From NCBI GenBank assembly GCA_965153355.1, contig OZ231126.1, positions 8,494,001-8,558,000 on the forward strand: a stretch of 64,000 nt of DNA, read 5' to 3'. A model generated the notes under the pieces. That model worked only from the letters and a program-made list of their open reading frames with translations, was not told the origin of the DNA and ran no database searches. Of this stretch, positions 50,417 to 64,000 are shown piece by piece (the first letter of the stretch is position 1; each line of letters opens with the position of its first letter). The translations under genes were made by a program, and so were the position numbers. The DNA is from Flaccisagitta enflata. Its lineage: Eukaryota.

Positions 50417-50857
50417 GTTGTACATACCACGTGGTTAAAAAAAAAAGACGCACCCATCTATTAATTGATAAAATAGATATAAAAAATAATTTTAAATGTT
50501 TTGAAGTAAAGCAATTTGAAAGATTTTCAAAAATCTTTAAATCTAGACCAATCCCTGATCTGTATCCCAAGCGGTTTAGGAGCTAGAGCCTTCCAAAGAG
50601 AAGCTCTGTTTTGCTAAAATGCACTTTTTATATAGGGATTGCGAAACTGAAATGGGCAATATTTTCACTCAAACTAATGTTATTTCTAAATGAAAAAAGA
50701 TAGCAATACCAGCTTGGCGCCAATTGAAAGTACTTTTACAGAGCTTTCAGATGACCTATGATTTTCATAAGTTTCTGTATATTCATAAGCAAAATTAGCC
50801 ATTCAAAAGTGCAACTTTTTTTTTGAGTCGTATGGTACTACATATATCTGTGATAGA

Positions 50858-54960
<4,103 letters not shown>

Positions 54961-55571
54961 GATAGAGAGACGCAATTGAAAATATTCAAGCAGCCATTTC
55001 GTTTGATGAGGAAATGGTGTATGACAAAACAAAAGTCAAAGAAAAGAGACTACAATCTGAAGAAGACGAGAAAATTTTGTTCATAAAACCTGTGTTTTAC
55101 CCCTTCCATTGTGCCTACATTGATATGTCTCACTGTCTTTCGATTGTGTTTCTTGTCATGGGTTTTAAATAGATCTTTGTTAAATTCAAAATTTGGTGTA
55201 TGGCAAAGCAAGAACAACGACAACAACGATAGGAGTATTGAGAAGAACAATGATAATATGAACGACAAGAGTATTGACAAGGATAATGATAAGAACAATG
55301 ACAGGAGAATTGACAAGAACAATGATGAGAACAATGACAGCTGGAGCAATGGACCATTGATGATGATTTCCTACGACAGCTACAAGGGTGAAAATTATAG
55401 CATCGATAATGTTAACTATGACGTTTTGATATCTTGCCAACAGATATACGTACATCTGATATTGGTCTGTAAAGAAGCAGCAACTTTAGACTAAACAAGG
55501 CTAGATACACGGCTACCTCAGATGCGTGCGGGCGGGCAGGAGCAGTGAGGCCAAAGACCACAAAAAACCTA

Positions 55572-56175
55572 ACAGGGTGTCCAATAAATTTGGCAAAAAA
55601 TAAATTGCACTCAAACTATATTTATAAGCGGCCCATTCAGCTGAAATTTGGTATGTAGCCTCCCAATTAGTTTTATTAGATGTTAGAATGCGCAGTTTCT
55701 CATCTGGACTCCCTTGGGTTGAAAGGCAAGGGATTATGCCTCAGACAAACTTTCCAATTTTGGGGAAATTTTTACCAAAAAAAACATGGCAGAGGATAGC
55801 AATCTACTAGACCTCTTTAGCATCAAGTTAAGAACCCAAATGTGGTCAATAAATAGGTTGATATACATCATTAAAGCAGGACAATCCTTTTTACTCAAAA
55901 TCGGCTGAAGGCAATAAAAGAATTTAGCTGAAATAACTTGAAATGAATGATCAGTTGTCATTTGTTCATCAAAGCAAATTTTTTGTGACAACTTAAAACG
56001 GACCTTTCCTGCCTTGTATTGACCTATTCTTTTGGATTTTTGCTGCCTGTTGGATGATAAGTATTCAAAATTAACTAACCATTATGGTTGACCATTAGTT
56101 GAATAAAAACAAACAATTTAGAATAGCTTTTTGAGGCTATCTTTAAGATTTTGCCAAATTTATTGGACAGTCTGT
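55572..56175. mobile_element. Tc1/mariner-type MITE with TA TSD
   Basis: TA-ACAGGGTGTCCAATAAATTTGGCAAAA...TTTTGCCAAATTTATTGGACAGTCTGT-TA. Confidence 0.85.
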
Positions 56176-56715
56176 TACAGGGTCATCAATCTGGATTGGG
56201 AAAAAGTATTAAGCTTTTACCCTCAGATGCTTCTTCTCAAGGTCCTGGAATTGATTTTCCTATAAAGTACTATGTTTGACATTTTTCATGTCAAAATTTC
56301 ATTGGTCTGTGTCAAGTATCATTTCCACAACATCAATTTGAAGTAAAACAAGTATTTGTGGCTTAAGCTAGGGAAGTAAACGAAGAAAATTTTTTTTCTC
56401 CAAACCCCTAATGACTGGTATGAGTCGACGCAGTATTGCAAGGGCTTTCATTTGATACCTCATAACACACATTTTTTTGTATTTTATGTCGTTTTGACTA
56501 AAAAGTTGTAAAATCGCCCTATTGGTTGTTTCTGTCTACTTTTTCTTGATCACCGTCGCATTCTTCTTGGGCTAATCAATGAACAAGGTTAGCCAAAAAA
56601 GACCAAAAATGTTGTTTCTATTGGGAGGAATGGTAAAATGCCCATTTTTAAAAAAAAAGGCATTTAACACTATTAAAGCAATGATGAACAAATAATGGGA
56701 AAAGGCCCAACCATG

Positions 56716-57573
56716 AACAGGTCGCCCAAGGGCAATATGTGGTCAGCGATACCCGTTGCCCTGCTTCGCATGGGTGTAAATCGGAATGAGAGGCAGAGCA
56801 GCGGCCCCGAAGGGGACGAAGTCCTGTAGAACACAGGGGACTTTCGTTCGTTCGTCCGTCCATCCATCCGCCCCCCCCCAGACCCTCTCAGGCCTGAAAT
56901 CTGTCCTCTCAGGCCTAAAATCTGCCCTCTCAGGCCCGAAAACTGCCTTCTCAGGCCTTGAATCTGAGAGGGCAGATTTCAGGCCTGAGAGGGCAGATTC
57001 AAGGCCTGAGAGGACAGGTTTCAGGCCTGAAAGGCAAGGGTGTATATTCTTGAGTCGCTTTTGATTTTTTTGCCCCCCCTGCCTTTGATTTTCTTCCCCG
57101 CGACGCGTCGCGTCACATTTTTATATCCATGATTTTCTTCCCCATATAGCAATAAAACTATGTAGTTAAGGTTTAAATAGTGTTAAATTGTGTTTTACTA
57201 ATTGAGATTTATGATTTGGTACTGTAAAAACTTATATTTTCCCCAAATTTCCTTTTTTTCTCTTTTGTCCCCCTTTGATTTTCCTCCCCATCTCCAGACC
57301 CTTTGATTTCCCCCCCCCCCCACCGGGGGGGGGGAAACTCAAGAATATACAGGCCTGCTGAAAGGACAAATTTCAGGCCTGAGAGGGCAGATTCAAGGCC
57401 TAAGAGGGCAGATTTCAGGCCTGAGAAGGCAGATTTTAGGCCTGAGAGGGCAGATTTCAGGCCTGAGAGGGCCTGGGGGGGACGAACGAACTGACTGACA
57501 AACGGACGGACAATGAACGAAAGTCCCCTGTGTTCTACAGGACTTCGTCCCCTTCGGGGCCGCTGCCCAAAAA
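56716..57573 (-). mobile_element. Family-2 HINE-like element
   Basis: GCAGCGGCCCCGAAGGGGACGAAGTCCTGTAGAACACAGGGGACTTTCGTTC inverted pair; (AGGCCTGAAATCTGCCCTCTC)n followed by its reverse complement. Confidence 0.78.
57035..57357. mobile_element. hAT-type MITE (same family as 14832-15138)
   Basis: CAAGGGTGTATATTCTTGAGT...ACTCAAGAATATACAGGCCTG; TSD CTGAAAGG. Confidence 0.88.
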
Positions 57574-57644
57574 CGCTGAATTCTTATGACAAGCATGGAG
57601 AATTGAATGACGACTACACTGATGCTGATTGTCTCTCCTCTCGC

Positions 57645-57719
<75 letters not shown>

Positions 57720-57992
57720 TGTCGTTGTTGTTTTGTTGTTGTTGTTTTTGTGTTTTTGTCGTTTTCTGTTGAAGTCGTTTTTGTTGTGGTTGTTTTTGTG
57801 GTTGTTGTCGTTATTGCCCTTGTGGTTGTTATTTTTGTTGTTGTTGATATTGTTATTGACGTTTTTATTGCTTTCGTTGTTTTTGTTGTTGTTGTCAGTG
57901 CTGCTATTAATGTTTTTGTTACTTTGTTATTTTTGTTTTCGCTGTTGTTGTCACTGTCATTAATCTCGTTGATATTCTCGTTGTTGTTGTTT

Positions 57993-58050
<58 letters not shown>

Positions 58051-58110
58051 GGTTGTGGTTGTTTTCTTTGTTATCGTTCATTTTTGCATTGTTGTTGTCA
58101 TTGTTGTTAT
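57645..58110. repeat. (TTG)n microsatellite and degenerate tract
   Basis: Directly visible; similar tract at 26755-26965. Confidence 0.9.
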
Positions 58111-61100
58111 CTGTTTTTGTGGCAGTTGTGTACGGTGCTTTGATTTCTGAGTCTTGTTACTTTTGCCTTCGATTTGATCCTTCTTGACTGCGCACAAAAC
58201 ATTGAATACGAGAATATCTTGTTGATTTGTGACTATCTGGTGGTAGCTTTTGCTAGGTCATGGGCTGGTTCTTTTTAGTTGCGGACATGCAACTCTATAA
58301 GAGCCTTTGTCCCTCCGTCCATTGGTAAGTTGGTCCATCCGTTGGTCCGTCCATGCGCATGAGTCAAAAAGTTTGAAAACGCGCATTTCTGCCCCCGCCC
58401 ACCCGTCTGCTACCGGTATGGCCGTGTATCTGGCCTCGTTTTTTTAGTGGTATGCACGCGACTCTACACCCCGCTTTGTCTGTTGGTCTGTCCGCCTTCT
58501 GTCTGTTGGTTGGTCGGTCGGTCCGTCACACTCTTTTTATCAATTGTAATTTAAACGTCCGTTACCAACGGTCCGAACTACAGAACAAGCGAAATGTGTG
58601 ACTTAACTCTTTAAAGATGATTTTGATTTAATGTCAGTGTCATATGCTGTTTCTCTCGTCGATGGCGCGTTACGGCGTCATCGCACATAGAAAATGAAAA
58701 GAGATATGAAATCAGCACACTTCAGGGATACTACAGGCAGTCGACGTCAACTCACGGCGGCGAAGTTTGGCCGCAGTAACCATTTTTGTGAAGCTTTGTC
58801 ATATCTCAAGTTTTTTACGTATTCAAAAAATGAAAAAAAGATTATCTGGAGACTATTTATGTAAAAACTGATAACCTGGCGCTATGCCGGTAACATATTT
58901 GACCATATTTGACTTACGGGACATCCTGGAATGCAGGTTAAAATTTCTGATATTGCATTTTATCTCGTTTCTCTTGTAACATGAGCCATGGTTCATTCCC
59001 TACTTAAGCTCAATTTATCCCTTTTTCATCAAAAATATTTTCCCTCATTTTTGATCAGTTTGAACTACAAATGCTAAAATAGTCTCAACTTAAAGATGTT
59101 TTTTAAAATTCATTAAAATATCTTCAACCGAGACAAATCTGACATTTGCTGCTCAATCCAATTAAAAGAGCAATTCCAAGAAAAACAGTTATGATAAACT
59201 GAGGCTAATTTGAGCTATATCTGAAAAGGCTTGTTTTTCTTCAAAATGATGTTGTGGACAAATTATTGAACTCAGACCAATAAAATTTTGGTACCAAAAC
59301 GTCAAACATAGTACTGCAAAAGAAAACAATTTCCGAATCAGTGAGAAGGAGCAGCTGAGAGCAAAAGCTTAACACTTTTTCCCAGTCCAGATTGATGGCC
59401 TGGTAAAAAAAGTAAAGAGTGATGGATCGACCGACGGATGAGCGGACCGACCAACGGACCGACAAAGCGGGGTGTAGAGCCGCGTAGCACGTGACTAAAG
59501 ATTCTCATTGTATGCCCCATACCGTAAAAACACCCTCAATTTCCTCCGTGTTGAGGGTGTCCGTCTTTTTAGTCGCGGACACGCGACTCTACACCTTGCT
59601 GTGTCGGTCGGTAGGTCGGTTGGGAGGTCGGTCCGTTCGTCCATAACATTTCTGAATTCCGAGCGGTTTTCGCATCATTGCTCCTGCCCAACCATCCGCG
59701 ACTGGATTGCCGTGTATCCGGCCTTGTTTCCATTAAGAAAAACTGCGCTAGTAGATGGAACTGGCGCACCCACTGACGTTTCTTTGAGTAGTGAAGTAGT
59801 GATTTTCCAAGCACTTTGTCCGTATTCTTAGCCAAGTCGATGCCGTCGGCTCTGTGAGTCGCGACCAGCAACTCTATAAGAGGCTTTGTCTGTCTGTCTA
59901 TCGGTCTGTCAGTCTGTCTATCCGCAATAATTGAGTTGAAAAATGCAAAATGCAAAATAATGACCTTAGATACATGTGTGGGGGTTGGGGTTAGGGTGTG
60001 AATGAGAGGTGGACGCCCCTGCCCACCCATCCCCGAAGATATTGAGATTTCGCATTTTTTTTAAAAATGAGCATAAGTTGAGGTCTGTAGCTCAATTCGT
60101 TTAGGAGATATAACCTCGCTAAGATGTAAGAGTTTTCGCCATTTTTCTGGGAATAATCAACTTTGAAAGACTGTTGCTCCTAAACAAATTGAGCCACATA
60201 TCTCGACTTGGGCTCAATTTAAAGATTTGTCTCTGCTCTTTAAAATGAGCCCAAGCTGAGGTCTGTGGTTCAATTCGTTGAGAAGATATGAGCTGTTGAA
60301 GTAACCTCTTGATAATGGAAGAAAATAGGCATCTACCACTTTTCCCACTCTCCCTTATCCTACTCCGCATCATTTGAATCGGATAGAAGAGTCGTCAAAC
60401 TTGGGAAATATACTCAGTAATAGTGATGTGATACCCCGTTAAATGCCGTAAAGAGCAAGGTATTCGAGTCATGTAAGACCACTCTAATATAGACCATTTG
60501 AAAATCATGAACAAATCGAAACATATGTGAGATTCTATGCAGACTAAGAAACAACAACTTAGACATAAGGCCTAGGATGACAAAGATGGCGAAAGACGAT
60601 ACAAATCTAAGAATAATTGGTATGCGCCAAGCGATTTAGGCCAAAAATGTCTATTGTCATGCTCCTAATACTTGGCAAGTGTCACGCTTCGGCAGCAAGC
60701 AAGGGTGCCCGACTCTCCAACATCTTAAGAGTAACCAGGCTTGAGCTATGGCTTTGAACTATGAATCAATGGTTTGATGTCATTCCTAATAGTCAGGTGT
60801 ACATTATCGAACCTATTTTTGAGACACTCGTGACCCCTAGGGGGCCCTTAATTAGGGTCAAATGGTCAAATTTGGCTTGTCTCCTGCATGTCTCCACATG
60901 AAAAGTGCAAGCAGAAGCAATCAAAAAATGTCTAAATGGACCGTATCATGACTCCTTATCATTTATCATTAATCACTTGAAACGTACAAAAAATTTGTTT
61001 GAGCTCCGTTGACAATAAGTTCCTTAAAAACGGTTTTCTAGCGTTCAGTACACCCTCTCTATTTTTGAGCAAAATTTCACTCAGATCACAGTATAATAAT

Positions 61101-62849
61101 TATTATTTTTTAAAACTTAACTTTGCTTCATAGTTAAGCATATTATGTTTGTTTGTCTGAAAGACAACTACTTGAAGGGTATATTTCCCAAATTTCATGT
61201 TTCCAAGTGGCTCCAAAGCGGCTCAATTGCATTTTTTCTAGAGCGTATCAATTTGCACACACCCCCAGATTTGTTCCTAACGCATACCTAACGCTTAAGA
61301 TATGCCACTATGGCGTGAAAACGAAACAATTTACACAAAATCTGATCACACCACGTGAAAGAGCGTGAAATTCTGAATCTAAACTGAAAATTTCAAGTCT
61401 TAACTACCAGACGTTTGGTCACAATGAAATTTTACATTTTGTTGGTCCTGAAGTGTGAACAGAATTGATACGCTCATCGACGGCTCATCGTAGTTAATTC
61501 TTTGTTTCCACACAGCGCTCCTCACACAAATGCGCGATGCTTTTTTGTCTTAATTTGATAAAATTTCTTAAAATTAGAATTGGCATATCTCAGGAACTGT
61601 TCGAGCTAGCCCATTGAAATTTTGCATGGTTAGTACCTAGACCAAGAGGGTCTTTTTCTTAAATTCTAATGCGACCTACAGAATGTCAAGCAGTCCAACC
61701 AGACCAACCAGCCTACCAGATGAAAAAATGAAAAAATGGCCTAACTTCTAAAGTAATTGTCCGATTTGGTTGAAATTTTTCATGAAGCTTCCTTTAAAGT
61801 TTCCTCGTCACTGACATAAAAAAGAGCTTGGGGAAAAAATATTTTCTTCCGACAGCCCACCCAGCCAGAAATGGTACTTATAGAGATTTTTTTTAAAAAC
61901 TATAAAAATTCAAAAAAATTTCAGAAACATGATCTCACATGTTTGCTTAAACATGTTTGCTTAAACCTTATCAATAAGAATTCAACTGTCATATTGATTT
62001 CTTAGTTGTATTTAGCTAAATTTTCTAGTAATAAAATTGCCAACAATATCTATTTAAGCCTAATTTGCATGAAAAATGAGCTTACTTAAGAAAATCCAAG
62101 TATGGATTCATATGTAAGAATAGGTAAGCTACATGATGACGTATGGTTTTGTTCAATATTCAAACATGTAAATTTGATGAATTTCATCCCGTCCATGTCG
62201 GGTTAGCATGACACAAGTTTCTAAACGTATGTCTTACTATCTTCACAAATAAAATCTTCCCACTTCATAACAAGCATGTACTTTGAAAATGTGCTGTTCC
62301 TAGGCAAACAAAGCTACTGACCCCAGATTGGTCCCATTTTAATGAATTTAAACAACTCTTTCAAAAGGGACCAATCTGGTTGTCATAGCTTCATTCATTT
62401 AGGAGCAGCAGTCTTTTAAAGTTGATGGTAGTTATCAGGTGGGAAGATTTTTAGGGGAGGCAAAGCACCTGTATAATTGGCTGTGTCCGTCAGTTGGTTG
62501 GTCAGTTGTTTGGTTGAATGGTAACGCATTTGTTCTACGATGCTCAAGTTGCACCTATTGGCCTACTTGGCCTTGTTTTTGTGAAGATACCTATTCTTAT
62601 TTCAGTGAGTTAGATTGCTAATCATCATCCAGTTGTCCGTATACTGTCTTGGTAAAAGTATATCGACAAGATGCAATACAGTTCAATATTTCATCAAATA
62701 ATGCATTTAACATTTGTAATTTGTAAAATATTACTTCTATTTCATGTGACCTTCCTTGGCAAAAATTTCAGCTTTCATATGTCTTAGTATGCTTTCGTAA
62801 AGTAATCTGAGGTAAGATGGCGTGGTGTTCTCCCACATCTTGAGAGCGA

Positions 62850-63085
62850 TTTTTAGTCAGGTGCACGCGACTCTACGACCCACTCTGTTGGTCTCTCTGT
62901 TCGTCGATCTGATGGTAACCCTTAGCTTTTTTTCGTCGTTTTACGCCATATTAAGTCATTTTGAGTTATTTAAAGTTAATCTAAGTCAATTTACGTTTGG
63001 TCTCTTAGTCTTTTAGTCTTTAAGTCTTTTGGTCTAATGGTCTTAACAACCGCACGCGACTGTAAGGTAATGGCCTTGTTTTTTT
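62850..63085 (+). mobile_element. HINE
   Basis: TTTTTAGTCAGGTGCACGCGACTCTAC...GCACGCGACT...GGCCTTGTT. Confidence 0.7.
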
Positions 63086-63667
63086 TTTTCAGCGTGGCCT
63101 ATTCTTAATCTTGCAGTTTCTTAATTTGAATTCACAATGCAATCAATTTGAGGACTGGACTGTTCCATGCCAACCTGGAAAAAAACTGACGCCATGGTGA
63201 AATCTTCGTTTTTACGGCACAGCGGGCCAGAGCAACACTCTCCCTCAACTGGTGTCTTACAGTCTAGAACAGCTGATGATGTCGTAGCCATATACGATGA
63301 AAATATCTGTTTTTTTTTCAATAAAAACATCATATGTGATTCCCAAAAGCAATGTTTTTTTCCATCACTATGCACCATACGAGCAATGTCACTTAATGAA
63401 TATAAGCAAGATAGTTGTTGTTTCGTGGGTAGCATCTATTTAAGAGGGACGCCGTCCAAGTTGATGCTTCTCAGTCTGAAAGAAGACGCAAAAAAATATT
63501 AGTCATTACTCATTAATCAATGTTTCGATTATCTTTAGGATTTGTTTATGATTTTTCTACTTGACGAGAGCATCAGAACATGTTTTTTTCCGTTTTCAAA
63601 TCCTTCAGCTCTGTCTCTGTCTATCTGTATGTTTCTATCTGTCTGTCCGTCTGTCTGTATGTTTCTA

Positions 63668-63840
<173 letters not shown>

Positions 63841-64000
63841 CAGTTTTCGACGTTTTCTCTCGCCTCCCTCACGCGCCTTCGCGTTTGCCAACAACGAAAA
63901 CAAGATTCGCCCCCTCATACCGGAAGAACAACGACTCTGAGCGCGCGCGCGAGCCTACGCGTGTGCCCGCGTGCGTTTGCGTGCGCACGTGAGTGTGCGT

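Larger units (their letters stand above)
56178..59403. mobile_element. Tc1/mariner-type non-autonomous element with ~170-bp diverged TIRs
   Basis: TA-CAGGGTCATCAATCTGGATTGGGAAAAAG...CTTTTTCCCAGTCCAGATTGATGGCCTGG-TA; splits a HINE into 55493-55569 and 59404-59499. Confidence 0.8.

Noticed and set aside
63121-63502. Overlapping ~105-aa ORFs or a short minus-strand last exon
   Set aside because: No motif, start context or other support

Overview
Repeat-dense eukaryotic (invertebrate-like) genomic DNA made almost entirely of nested transposons, mini/microsatellites and MITEs; no host gene can be called with confidence. The main structure is a 15.8-kb Chapaev-type (CMC, RAG1/Transib-related) DNA transposon (2861-18697; CAC...GTG termini, long TIRs, 4-bp GTGT TSD). 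Its six-exon transposase (~764 aa) can be rebuilt without stops once a nested 8.8-kb Helentron (~5911-14695) is removed from exon 3. The Helentron encodes a USP/C19-type deubiquitinase plus zinc fingers upstream of a Rep(HUH)-PIF1 helicase-APE endonuclease ORF; these were probably one ~2,400-aa polyprotein, now split by an 82-bp imperfect duplication. Downstream are a 5'-truncated LINE RT (YADD changed to YAND), an 11.4-kb foldback-like element with two nested hAT-type elements (one with hATm-like transposase remnants), more than 20 Helentron-associated non-autonomous elements (HINE/DINE-like), several MITE families with verifiable TSDs, 47-bp and 234-bp tandem arrays and many microsatellites. 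Family assignments rest on motif recognition by eye; no database searches were run.
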